From NCBI RefSeq assembly GCF_009914755.1, contig NC_060927.1: 64,000 nt of DNA; one strand, written 5' to 3'. Below the pieces are notes generated by a model, which did no database searches, was not told where the DNA came from, and worked only from the letters and a program-made list of their open reading frames with translations. This document shows positions 14,404 through 29,569 of the stretch, piece by piece (positions within the stretch are counted from its first letter, which is position 1; every line of letters starts with the position of its first letter). The stretch is from the human T2T-CHM13v2.0 reference genome, Homo sapiens. Made by a program: the position numbers and the translations under genes.

Positions 14404-16489
14404 TTTCAACTTTACCATTACAATTTTTTATCCTTACTGATACCTTTATTCTCTCTGAAACTTAGATTTTTTCATTTGTGACATAAGAATGGAATACTGT
14501 AATAGTTCTATAGATTCTCCATTTTGCCAGTTTCTTTAGGATTCTTCAGGATGCATGGTGATGTTAAATTAAATTATATTAAATATATTCATTTTATAAA
14601 TGTGAATACATTTTTGTGACTACAATTTTTAGATGTTTTTTAAAATATAAAAATATAAATTTATTTGAATGATATCAGTGTGGTCCAATGATTTCATCTT
14701 TTGTTTTGTGATGCACCAAATATAACTCATTTGATACTCACTGCATGTTTATTGTAGTGATGCTGCCAATATTGTATATACACAGATATTGTTTTCTATG
14801 TCTTTCAATGATGCTTTTGTGGGAACCCATATTTTCAGTGTCAGAAAAGTTTTGCCTCTTATGAACAACTGGTATTAATGTTTTGACAGCACTTTCAACA
14901 TTACATCTAATCATGAATTTCTCTTTCCTTTGACTGCTAATACTATTATAGCCAAATATTTAGTTTGCATTCGATAAACATCATAGAAATTTATGAAGCA
15001 TATTTTTGTAAAACAAATCTTTTGTTATTTTGGTTTTTACTTTTTTTCTCTTTTCTTTTTAACATCTTTGTATGTGTAAATGTCTATATACATGGTAAAT
15101 TCTGTTTCTTAGTTTCTATTCCTATTAATTCTCATTTTATTTTATATTTAGTTATTTGCATGTCTATGTGTAAAAACATGGTAAACTAGCTCGGTATCAT
15201 TTGGCAATTACAACATTCTATCCTGACTTCCATAAACCACTTATGAAAATCAATCTTGGTTACCCTTAATTTTAGATCAAAGCAAAGTGATTGCGCTTGA
15301 TGATTTATTGTATTTTAAATTGTTTTGACATTTATTAATCTATCTTTTATATATACATATAATATGTCTACTTTTATACTTTCCATCATCCTGGAACAAA
15401 TCTCCTTTTGTTAAATTATTATTATCTAGAATAATTATGAGTTTCATGGGATTTTGACAACTATAATAAAATACATTTAAGAATGCAAATGATTGGAACA
15501 TATTTATAGCAACATGTATTCTCAAAAATAAATTTTAAATTATACATACTTTCTTAAATATTTTCTAAATGGAAGAATACTTAATCAAGTGAATAAAATG
15601 GTTACAGGGAAGACAGAAATAAAAATTAGGCAACAGATGGAAGCTAGATTTCTCTAAATGTACCCTGTTTTGTAGGTTTGGCATAGGAGTTGTATAAAAA
15701 TTTTGCATAATTATAAAACAAAATTATATCAAAGTAGAAGAAAAAAGAGCAATTCCTAAACACTATGAGCAAAATAGAACAAATAAACTTGAATTAGTGG
15801 CTTTGTCATGCACAGAGGAAATCCTTCAAGTGAGCTTAAAGCTATTCTTTTCACAAATAATTTTTTTAAAGCAGTTAGAAGTTTATAATAAATAAAACAA
15901 GCATTTACAAATTAGGCTTCTACCATGATTACAAATTTCAATAGACTTCACTAAGATAAAGAAATACAATCCTTATGTATTAAGCAAATATGCATGGGTG
16001 CGCATTTCACACAAAGCTGGGGGATAAATGCCTTTAGGGGCTGTTATGTTTTCAGATGCCTGAGGAACACCAAGATGAAGAATTTCGGGAGATAATTGGA
16101 TATACATATTTGGTACTGAGAAGCAATTTTGAAAATGGAGGAAGGGATTTGGTAATCTTATGTAAAATCATAGAAATTGAGAGGGAAAGCACAGTTTGAA
16201 GAAAAATGGATCAACAGAAAATCCTTTGAAAACAAAAATTTTAAGGCATGAACAGAAAAATAACTACTTAAGGAGAAAGAGAAGAGATGTTCAAAAATAT
16301 TTAAATAATAGGATTCTCAACAGCTTTCTAAGAGAAAGATTTAAAAAAATTGTATCTTTTATAGAGGAGGGCAGGGCTGATTTTTGACATAGTATTTACA
16401 GCATATGAAAAGTAAACCTTGAAACTGAATTCAACCAAAAGGAGCTGGGTACTTGAATTTTAAAAGGTAACTATGTTTATCATTTTGAA

Positions 16490-17005
16490 AAATGATTGCA
16501 TTTATTTATGGGGTACAATGTAATGTTATGATAAAAGTGTATTTTGTGAAATGATAATTAAATCTGTCTAATTAACATATCTATCACCTTATATACCTAT
16601 CATTTCTTTGTGGTTAGAGCATTCAAAAATCTACTTATAAAAATTTTGAAATATACAATATATTATTAACTGTAGTCACAACACCATGTAATAGATGCCG
16701 AAAACCTATTATTTCTCTCTAACTGGTACTTTGTACCCTTTGACTAACATTTCCCACTTCTTTGTCCATCCCAGTCCATCTCACTTTCCATTCTTCACCC
16801 CACCTGCTATTCCACCACCGTTCTATTTTCTACATCTCTCAGCTCGACTTTTTGAGATTTTACATATAAGTCATATCATGCATATGATAAATAAATAAGA
16901 TAAATCTTATGCCAGGTTTATTTCAGTTAGCATAATCTCAGCATGTTGCAAATGACAGAACTTCCTTCTTTTTAAAGGATCAGTAGTATTTTATTGTGTA
17001 TATAT
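16490..17005 (-). mobile_element. L1MA-type 3'UTR
   Basis: TTTATGGGGTACAATGT...CTTTGTACCCTTTGACTAACAT...GCAAATGACAGAACTTCCTTCTTTTTAAAGG. Confidence 0.85.
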
Positions 17006-17869
17006 TATGTCAGCATTGCTTTAAAAATATGATATTAATGCACAATGACTTAATTTTTGAAACTATTCAGTAAAATATAAAAGAAAAATACCTCAACCCC
17101 ATTTGCAGGTTAAGAATTTGAAGCTTAATAGAGTGGAGGTGGCTTGCTTTCAAATTTCACTGAGATAAGCAGTTTTGTGATCAAAGTCTTCTAATTTACA
17201 TCTTGATTTCTTTGTTGCAGGATGTTCAAGTTCACTGGAACATCCTTCAGTATATAAAATAATAATGAATTTTGTATTTATAGATTGAGATATGACTCCA
17301 ACCTGTCTTATTAACAATTTATTATGGATCTTTAATGTATCTTATCATCAATTAAAAATTACTTATGGTTCCATAATCATACCATTTTTTATCAGGGATA
17401 TAGGTACTTGCTGACATTGCACTCCGAAATGAAAGCAAAGCAAAGCAAAAGAGAATAAGATTATTGGAAATCACTGAATTTGTAGACAAAATTGAATTCT
17501 GTCAATATTACTGAAAAATCTAGGAAACATTTCCTTTATAGAATAAGAAATGCTATGGTAAATTAATTAAAAAATATTAAATAGATAACACACTCGAACT
17601 TAGTCCTTCCCTTGCATAGCAGTCAGTTTTTAAGTCCATATATCTGTAACAATACCATAATACCACAAGGCTAACTAACAGTCATTACAATATAAACTTC
17701 ATAACTACATACCTTATCCACAAATCTCTGCTCTCATTAGCCACATTCAGAAACTAAATGATCTACTAATGGTCTGAATTCCCAAGAGCCATAGTGTGGA
17801 TCTTTTCCCCCCAGTTATTCTCTTATAAACAAAGGAAATGCTTTTATTAACTTATCTTGGCTTTATATA

Positions 17870-18560
17870 ATTATTTTACCTTGTTTCTCAATAAAAGATA
17901 TTTGAAATAGCTTACAAAATATATACCATAAGGTAAAAATGTAATGAAAAAAATCATGTGATGGAAAAAATAAGGGCATGTAATGTTACAATTTAAACTG
18001 AATGTCATTTCTAAGGAAGTTGAAAAACGTTACAAATCTTTGGGATTTGTAACCAGCAATCATAAAGTAGTATGTATTAATAGTTGACTCATTTTATACC
18101 CATAAGATAAAAATAAGCCAGCTAATGAGCAGAAGCACATTTTCCTCTAAGAATCCTCATGAAATAGTTATACTGTGTTATAAAGAATGTTTTCTAATGA
18201 TAAGACTTCAGGAAATACAGCAGAGAGCATCAAAGAGTCTTTGTAACATCTTGGTGAGGCAGAGTTCAGCATATTTGAAGCACACTTGACTTTAAGTAGC
18301 AGCTCTCTGATCATGTGGCTGAATCCAAGGATTCTTTTTCACATGATCTCCAAAAGGACAGACTGTATTTTTTTCAGGATGTATTTTCTACATAGATTTT
18401 TTTTTTTTTCCAGCACAGCTTTTGCTAAGGCTTGAGCTATAGTAAATTCAAGGTTAGATCTCTGACAAGAGAGTATGCTGTACTACTACTCTCTTAAGGG
18501 TTTTCAGGTTAGGTATTGAAGTATCAATAACAAATGGGACATTAAAGGCCTTCTTTAACT
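17870..18560 (-). mobile_element. Possible ancient L4 (RTE-X) fragment
   Basis: TTTTACCTTGTTTC...GATATTTGAAATAGCTTACAAAA resembles the recalled L4 3' end; highly diverged. Confidence 0.35.
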
Positions 18561-18991
18561 GAACTGATATATTGTTGACCTGGAAAATTTCCCTGATAAT
18601 TTAAGTGAGAAAAAAATAGACAAAATATTGGGTAGCAAAATCTAATTATTGTAAATAATAATAATAAATTAACAATTGTATGTATTTAAAGCTTAAATGC
18701 TTAGCAGGATACTCAGTGACTGAAAAGTCAGTATCTCAAAATAAAAAGGTGACAGATGCTCTTTACGTTTTTCTCTTAACTGATTTTTAAAAAATATTAT
18801 GATGGCATATACATTTTATTCAGATTGGTTATATTAGCTATGATCAAATAATCATTGTAATATAGTATGATCCATGGTAAAATGATAAAATTAAGGCTAT
18901 TAAGTAGGAATTATTATTGAAAATTGGGCAGATATTTACATCTATGTTTAAGAATTACATGGAGGAAATATGCATCAGTATTCTACAACTT

Positions 18992-19317
18992 GGCTGGGCA
19001 TGGTATCTCATGCCTGGAATCCCAGCATTGCGGGAGGCCCAGGCAGGGGTATTACTTCAGCTTGGGAGTTCAAGACCAGCCTGGGCAACATAGGGAGACC
19101 CCAACTTCACAAAACATTAAAAATAATAAAACATTAGCTGGGTTTGGTGGCCCATGACTGTGGTTCCAACTGCCTTAAAGACAGAGCTGAGAGGATCCTT
19201 TGAGCCCCAGACGTCAAGGCTGCTGTGAGCCATGACTGCACCACTGTACTGTAGCCTTGGAAACAAAAAAAGATTCTGTCAAAAAGAAAGGAAAGAAAGA
19301 AAAGAAAGAAAGAAAGA
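18992..19317 (+). mobile_element. AluJ (Jo-like)
   Basis: GGGCAACATAGGGAGACCCC and GTCAAGGCTGCTGTGAGCCATGA; (GAAA)n tail; strongly diverged. Confidence 0.9.
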
Positions 19318-20574
19318 GAATTCCAAAACTTATATTTACTTGTTTTAGGGCAGGAGTAGTATAGAATGCAGAATGCTTAGTCTCAATGATAACTGTGTCC
19401 TCAGTCTAGATATTTGCAGCTGAATAAAACCTAAGATAAAGCAAAATATTGTTGTGATATGACTAGAAAAAAATAACTTAAATTTCTTGTTTTAAGTAAA
19501 TCTTTCTGCATCTCCATGGAATTTTAAAATAATTTCTTCCCATATATATTTTTATTTTTATTCACAAGTCATAATTTTCTATACTTTAGAGGGAATGTGT
19601 CTTCATTATTACAGGGATCTTTAAGTAGAAACAAATATGTTAAAATTAATTATATAACTTACTTTACATACTTTAAATTTCTTTTTAGGAGGGTAAAATA
19701 TGTAATTCCACTCTGATTATGCCTTTAGATTTCTTACTTTTAAATCTTGGCATTTAATATGGCTTTTGAAGTGTCTGAACACAAAAATATTAAAAAGATT
19801 AAGTCATACATTTAATCCTTTCTTGTCTAGTATTATTTTCATATCACATTATGTTCCATCCATCTTTTTCTTCATTGGTAATATTTAGTATTGGTTGTTC
19901 AATAAATTTTTCATTTCATTTCTCCATAACAAAGGGGAAGTGCTGTAAAAAGTACAGTGTCCTAAATTTTATCCTAAAAGTATTATACAAGTATGGATAA
20001 TATCCACAGTATTTGATGACTATTTCTGATTAAGTTGTTTGCTAATGCTGAGAATCTTTACCGAAATTGCGCTAACTACATTTTTTAATTTTAAATTTCT
20101 TACAATATATACCAAATGATGTTTTAAACTATTACTGAATAAATATACCTGAAAAGTGAATCAAATTTGTGAATACTTGACTTACTCATGAAGAATTGGC
20201 CTTGATATTGTGTCCTCATTTACAAGGGCTTTATAAAACCAAGTATAGAGTAAGGCAATATCTTATCCAGCAAATATTCAAATAGACCTTTGACACCTTA
20301 GCCAAAAGAGAGTGATTTGTAACATATGCTAGGTCATGAAGCTAAAAATATTACATTAAGAAATGTTATTAACATGATAGTTTCTCTGTGTTTAACCTCA
20401 TTTGTTTTAAGAATATATTTTATTAACTTATTATTATTTTTTAGTTGAACAACTAGCATTTATCACTCATTGCAGCAAGAGAGAAGACACACCCTGGCCA
20501 TCTTTGTATGACGCTATCAGAAAGAATGTGATATAGGATTTGGGCTTTGGGCCATGATTGTGCCACCGCACTGT

Positions 20575-23500
20575 AATGCCTAGCAGTGGGATTGCGGAAT
20601 GATATGGTGACTCTATTTTTAGTTTTTTGGAGAAGCTCAAAACTGTTCTCAACAGTGGTTGTAGTAATTTATGTCCATATCAACAGCATACAGAGGTTTC
20701 TTTTTCTCCACATCCTTGCCATTATTCATTATTGCCTATTTTTTGACAAAAGCTATTTTAACAGTGGTGTGATGATAACTCGTTGTAGTTTGATTTACAT
20801 TTCTCTGATAATCAGTGATGTTGAACACGTTTTCATATACCTGTTTGCCATTTGTATTCCTTCTTTAAAGAAATGTCCATTCTGATCTTTTGCCCAGTTT
20901 TTAAATTGCATTCTTTGATTTTTTTCTTATTGAGTTGAGCTCCTTATATATCCTGGATATTAATACCTTGTCAGATGGATGGTTTGCAAATATTTCCTCC
21001 CATTGTGTGAGTTGTCCCTTCAATTTGTTGATTGTTTCCTTTGCTGTGCAGAACATTTTTAACTTGATGTGATTCTATTTGTCCATTTTTGCACTGGTTG
21101 CCTGGGCTTATAGGGTATTACTCAAAAAGATCTTTGCCCAGACCAATGTCCTAGAGACTATTCTCAATATTTCCTTTTAGTAGTTTCATAGGTTGAGGTC
21201 TTAGATGTAAGTCTTTAATGCATTCTAATTTGATTATTGTACGTGCTGAAAGATAGGGGTCTAGTTTCATTCTTCTGCATATTGATACCCAGTTTATCCA
21301 GCACAATATATTGAGGAGACCATCCTTTCCCCAATGCATGTTCTTGACAACTTTATCAAAGATAACTTCACAGTAAATGTATGGATTTGCATCTGGTTTT
21401 CTATTCTACTCCGTTGCTCTATGTGTCTGTTTTTATGCCAGTACCAAGCTACAGTAACCATTGGTTACTATAGCTCTGTATTCTAATTTGAAATCATGTA
21501 ATGTGATTCATTCACTTCTGTTCTTTTCACTCATGATAGATTTGGCTATTCTGGGCCTTTTGTAGTTCCATATAAATTTTAGGATTGGTTTTTCTATTTC
21601 AGTGAAGAATGCCATTGGTATATTGGTAGGAATTTCATTGACTCTGTAGATTGCTTTGGGTAGTATGGATATTTTAACAATATTGATTCTTCTAGTCATT
21701 AAACATTAAGTATCTTTTTTTTTTTTTTTTTGAGACAGTCTCACTCTGTCACCTAGGCTAGAGTGCAGTGGTGTGATCTCAGCTCACTGCAACCTCCGCA
21801 TCCTGGGTTCAAGCTATTCTTCTGCCTCAGCCTCCCGAGTAGTTGGACTACAGGCATGCACCACCACGCATGGCCAATTTTTGTATTTTTAGTAGAGACA
21901 CAGTTTCACCATGTTGGACAGGATAGTCTTGATTTCCAGATTTCGTGATCGCCCTCCCCAGCCTCCCAAAGTCCTGGGATTATAGGCGTGAGCCACTGTG
22001 CCTGGCCTATATCTGTTCATTTTTTGTGTCCTCTTTAATTTCTTGATTCAGTGTTTTATCATTTTTATTGCAGAGATCTTTAACTTTTTTGGTTAATTGC
22101 TAAGTATTTAATTTTATTTGTAGATATTGCAAATGGAATTACTTTCTTGACTTATTTTGCATTGATCACAATTAGTATATAGAGATGTTATTGATTTTTG
22201 TAGGTTGATTTTGTATTCTGAAACTTTACTGAATTTGTTTATCAGTTCTAATACTTCTTTGATGGAGGCTTTAGGTTTTTTTGAATATATGATTTTATCA
22301 TTTGAAAACAAGAATCATTTTACATCTTCCTTTACAATTTGGATATTTCTTTCTTTCTCTTGTCTGATTAATCTATCAATAACCTCTTGTCCTATGTTGA
22401 ATAACAGTGATGAAAATGGGCAGCCTTGCTATGTTCCAGAATCTGGAAGAAAGGCTTTTGATTGTTCCCTGTTCAATATGGTACTAGCTGTGAATTTGTC
22501 ACAAGTGGCTTTTATTGTGTTGAGGTAGGTCCAGCATAGCTGAATATGCAAAGTTTTTGAGGATTTTTATCATGAAGAGATAATTAAATTGTATCAAATG
22601 CTTATCCAGCATCAATTGAAATGATTATTTTTTTTATCCTTCATTCTGTTGATATGATGTGTCACATTTATTGATTTGTGTATGCTGAACCATCCTTGCA
22701 TTCCTGAGATAAATCCTACTTGGTCATAATGATTTATATTTTTAATGTATTGTTGAATTCTGTTTGCTAGTATTTTGTTGAGAATTTTTACACCACAATT
22801 ACAGTGTTATAATATTATGTGTTTTTCTGTGTGTTTACTATTACTACTGAGCTTTATACCTTCATATGATTTCTTATTGCTCATTAACATCCTTTTCTTT
22901 CAAATTGAAAAACTCCTTTTAGCAATTTTTGTAGGATAGATCTGGTGTTGATAAAATTTCCCAGCTTTTGTTTATCTAGGAAAGTATTTATTTCTCAATT
23001 TTAAAGGATATTTTTGTTGGATATACTATTCTGGATAATTTTTTTTTTCCCTTCAGCACTTTAAAGATGTCATACCAGCCTTTCCTGGTTTGTAAAGTTT
23101 CCACTGAAAAGTCTGCTGCCAGACATATTGGAGCTCCTTTGTATGTTATTCATTTCTTTTTTCTTGCTGCTTTTAGGGTCCTTTCTTTATCCATAACCTT
23201 TGGGAGTTTGATTATTACATGTCTTAAGGTAGTTTTATTTGGATTAAATCAGCTTGGTGTTTTATAACTTTCTTGTACTTGAATATTGCAAAGTTTATTT
23301 GGATTTGGGGTGTTCTCTGTTATTTCCCTTTAAATCAACTTTCTACCCATATCTCTCTCTCTGTCTCCATTTTAAAGCCAATATCTTTTAGATTTGCCAT
23401 TTTGAGGCTATTTTTTCTAGATTCTCTAGGTGTGCTTCATTCTTTTTACTCTTTTTCCTTTTGTCTTCTCTGACTGTATACTTTCAAATAGCCCATCTTC

Positions 23501-26017
23501 AAGCTCAAAATTTCTCTCTTTTGCTTAATCAATTCTGCTGTTGAGACTCTGATACATTCTGTGGTATGTCAATTGTATTTTTTATCTCTGGGATACTTAC
23601 AAGATTCTTTTTAATTATTTCAATATCTTTGTTAAGTTTACCTGATAAGATCCTGAATTCCTTCTTCATGTTATCATAAATTTCATTGAGCTTCCTCAAA
23701 ACAGCTATTTTTGAATTCTCCGTCTTAAAGGTCACATATCTCTGTCTCTCTAGGACTGGACATTGATGCTTATTTAGCTCATTTAGTGAGGTCATGTTTT
23801 CCTGGACGATCTTGTTATTTTTAGATATTTATCAGTGTCTGAACAATGAAGAATTAGGTACTTATTGTAGTCTCCATAGTCTGGGCTTGCTTGTACCCAT
23901 CCCTCTTGAGAAGGTTTTCCAAGTATCTGAATGGACTTAGGTGTTGTGATCTAAGTCTTTGCTCAGTGCAGCTACATATGCATTAGGGGAGACCCCAAGC
24001 CCCATAATGGCGTGGCTCTTGTAGACTTATACAGGTACCACCTTGATGGTCTTGGGTAAGATCTGGGAAAATTTCCTGAATTACCATGCAAAGACTCTTG
24101 TTCTCTTCTCTTACTTTGCCCCAAAGAAAGTCCCTCTCTCTCTATGGTGATCTGCCTGGAGCTAGGGGAAAAGTGATATAAACACCCCTAGCCACCACCA
24201 CTGGGACTGTTTTGGGTTAGATCTGAAGCCAGCACAGCACTGGGTCTCACGCAAGGCCCGTGATGAGGACTACCTGGCTACTGACTATGTTCACTAAAGG
24301 CCCAAGGGCTCTAAAATAACTAGGTGGCAAATCCATCCAGGCTTGTTTTCTTCTGTTCAGGGTGTCTAGTTTGCCCCAACCCCAGGCTGGTCCAGAGATG
24401 CCATCCAGGAGCCAGTGCCTAATGTTGGGAACCTTGGCAATCTACACAATGCTCTATATTACTGCTGAGGAGCTGGCATTCAAGCTACATTACAAAGTCC
24501 TTCCCACTCTTGCCTCCCCTTTCCTCATGCAGAAAAGTCTTTCCCTATGACCACTACCACCCTAGGTCTGCAGCGAGTACTGCCTAGCTACCACCAATGT
24601 TCACTCAAAGCCCAAAAGCTCTTCGGTCAGCTTTTGGTGAATGCTGTCAGGCTTGGGTCTCTCCCTTTTGGGTATAGAAACTCCTTTGGCCCAGAACATG
24701 TCCAGAAATGTCATGCCAGGGCCAAAGCCTGGAATTGAGCCCCCGGGAAGCCTATCTGATGCTCTACTCCACTATAGCCGAGCTGGTACCCAAGATGCAA
24801 GACAAAGTCCCCTTACTCTTTTCTCTTATTTCCTCAATTGGAAATCTTTCCCTGTAGCCACCACAGCTGGGAATGTGCTAGGTCAGACCTGAAGCCAGCC
24901 TGATCCTGAGTCTAACCCAAGGCCTGTGGTGTGTACTACCTGGATAGCATTGCTGATTATTAAGGGCCCAAGGACCCTTTATTTAGCAGGCAATGAAACC
25001 TGTTAAAACTAGGTACTTTTGTTCAAGGCAGCAGGTTCCTTTCTAGCCCAGGGTGTCTCTAGCAATATCTGGTAGTTAAGTCCTGAAATGGGAGCCTCAG
25101 GATTCTTCTTGGTGCCCTATTCTACTGTGTGTGAGCTGGTATTTAATTTGCAAGACAAAGACCTCTTTACTCTCCCATCTCCTCTCCTCAAGCAGAGGAA
25201 AGGAGTATCTCTGGGAGCTGCAAACTGTATTGCCTGTGCTTTCATGAGTGATGATCCAAGCAGTTCCTTGGCTGTCCTAACTGGTGTCTCTTTAGGTCAC
25301 ATGTCCCCCAAGTCCACTGGCTCCAAGCTTGCCCAGGGCTTGCCCAGGAATTTGCAGTCCTTGTGGCCTATACTGCCTTTCAAGTTTATTTAGGACCTCA
25401 GTACACGTTAGCTTTTCAGTGTTCTCTTACAGAGCCTTGTGGCTGAACAGTTTCACCAGCAGCCCTATATTTTGTTTGAGCAGTAAAAACTATAGAAGTG
25501 GGGTGTAGACAAAAGTGAACAGCACCTGCAACAAAACTGCTGATCATGGTTAACCAGCTTCCCAAGCCAGTGGCAAGGCTTTCTGGAACTCAAATTCTGA
25601 GTGCTGGGATGAATGATTCGCCTCTGTCTAGGGCTGGTCTAAATGCTCCTTTCAGGAGCACCAGCTGAGTTCTGCCCATGTCACTTTCCACTGTAACAGC
25701 ACAGCACTGAGTTACAATGCAAAGTTCCACAATCACTACCCTCTCCCTCCCGCAAGCACATAAATTCTCTCTCCACACCATGAGGCCACTGCCAAGGGAT
25801 GGGGGAGGGACAGTACCTGCAACTCAAGACTGTCTTTCTTATCCTCTTCAGTGCCTGCTTCCTTAATAAGATCTCAAAAGCCAGTTTTGTGATCACTCAC
25901 TTGATTTTTGGGTCATAGGAGGTTGCTTCTTTGTGTGGATAGTTGTTCAATTTTGGTGTTCCTGTAGGGATTACAATTACTAGAAGCTCCGATTCTGCCA
26001 TCTTGTTCCACCTCCTC
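20575..26017 (-). mobile_element. Degraded L1MA/L1M2 LINE with 5'UTR, ORF1 and 3' part of ORF2; internal and 3' deletions
   Basis: ORF2 remnants (ORF track WGKDGLLN..., [16 protein letters not shown]) at 20575-22790; ORF1 remnants at ~22800-23830; repetitive L1M2-type 5'UTR ending CTGCCATCTTGTTCCACCTCCTC. All frames disrupted. Confidence 0.88.
21715..22007 (-). mobile_element. AluS (Sc-like) nested in L1
   Basis: Poly(T) followed by reverse Alu dimer; CAGGATAGTCTTGAT is Sc/Y-type. Confidence 0.92.
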
Positions 26018-27699
26018 TTTATTATTAACTTACATTTGACGTTGAAACTCTATATTATTTTATTTAAAGTTGTGAATGAATCAAGCAGAATTCTAGTTCA
26101 ACTATTTCCTTTCAAAAAAAATGCAATATGTTATTTTTAACCTAAAAAATGTTTTCTTATGCATTTTGTTTATTTGTTTTGTTCTGGATTGGTTTTACAT
26201 GCTACATTGGGACAGCCCAAAAAATATTAGAAAGGAAATTAAAACAAATTGTATAAAGTATTAATGCTTAATTTTAAACATATACAATGAAACCCCATGA
26301 AAAATGTTTTCTGACATTTTAAAAACCCTATCCAATATTATTTCTAAAGATTAGGGAGTAAAATGGCTTTCCTATGAATACATGCTATTTAAAAGTCAAG
26401 TCGCAAATAACATTTTCCAATGAAGTAGTGATAATACCATTGCACTGGGGCACTGAAATGTAGATGAGTCATAAAAAATGTAGACATACTTTTGTGTGTG
26501 TGCTGATATAACTATACACAATTAAAATAAGAAGGTTTGTTATCATTGTTACCATTAGTTAAGTTACCATTCTCTTTGACCAAGACACTACTATTATCAT
26601 TTTATCTCTTAAGCAATAGGAAAATTTTTACTTTTATCTTTCACCTAGGCTTAAAATTAGTGGCTACACTTAAATTAGTTGCTTTTTCTTTACAAGAGAA
26701 CATATAATTATTTAGACTAAGTATGGATTCTCAATTTTCAAGAAGTAGAGAATTTAACAGATTTGTTAATTAGAACGTTAAGATTTGCCAGCAGTTTTTC
26801 CACCATTGATACTGCTAACAAATGGGTCAAATGCTCAAAGTTGCATTTATTCTCTGCAAAATTTTTCTGTAGTAACATAAAGGAACCCACAAATTTACTT
26901 CAGTCTAGAAAAATTATAAACCATTTAGTAGAAAATCTCCATTTTTTATGCTCAAGCTCTTATATTCCTATTCAAGTTAATTTATTATATATTACTGTTT
27001 TAAAAACTCTTGTGTGTCCTATACTTGAAAAAAAAATTTCTTTTTATACTGACATTAATTTACATTATTTTCCAATTTTTATCATAACTACCTCATTTTT
27101 CTTTCCCTTGCCTTTAGTTTGACTCTTACAAAATCATAAAATGTGAAAAACAATGAAACATGTAAAAAAATTATCAAACAATATTAAAAGAAAAACATTA
27201 AGATTATTTGAAGGAATATTTGAACAGTCATTAATAACTAACTATAAAAATTTATAAAATATTCACAAGGAGATAGAACTAGGCTACTTACTGAAGATAC
27301 AGAAATAAAATACTTATTTTCTACCCTCAAAGTACCCAAAGTCTAACTGGGAATTATTATAATACAAGCCGAGGCTTTTCTCTCACTATTCAGTACAAAA
27401 TACTCACTTCTATTAATAGACCTAGGCTCTTAATTCCTCTCAGAAATTACATAATTTCTATGTTAACTATTTTATTGTTTTTCTCTTCTCTTAGAGTATA
27501 AAACAAATGAAGGCAGGAATTTCATAACCTCCTGTTTCCTCAAAGTCTTTAAGAGTATTTTGAACTCAGTAAAATTTAATAGAATTGATAAAACCTCAAT
27601 TATAAGAATATTCAGATATTATTTTAACCTATAGAAGGAGCATGTGGCCAAGACTACAGAAAGGTAATTTCACAAGAGAATGACGTATAAGAATAAGAT

Positions 27700-29300
<1,601 letters not shown>

Positions 29301-29569
29301 AATCATGTTTCAAGTGGCACATATTCAATGATAACTCTTTATCATTTAAATGACCTGCTAAGAAGATAGACTTAATGTGAAACTCACCAAGTTATTTTAC
29401 TAAAGTGTGTGTTTACATAAGGTATTCTCAACAAACTGAATTACAGCAACCTGGTTAATAGCCATTCCATGAGTGTATAATCTATGACAGCTCCCACTAT
29501 ACATTATACACTGCTGGTGAAGAATGAAAAATGCCTCCTACAACATTATACAGCCTTATAATGTATAAT

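Noticed and set aside
24100-25400. Several ~300-bp degenerate repeats that could suggest an array
   Set aside because: They match the known monomer-like structure of L1M2-type 5'UTRs; there are no identical repeats with unique spacers, so this is not CRISPR-like.
26763-27122. 119-aa ORF in non-repeat DNA (similarly 35783-35971, 45172-45462 and the short open frame at ~37933-38045)
   Set aside because: AT-biased composition, no recognisable domain and no convincing paired splice sites.
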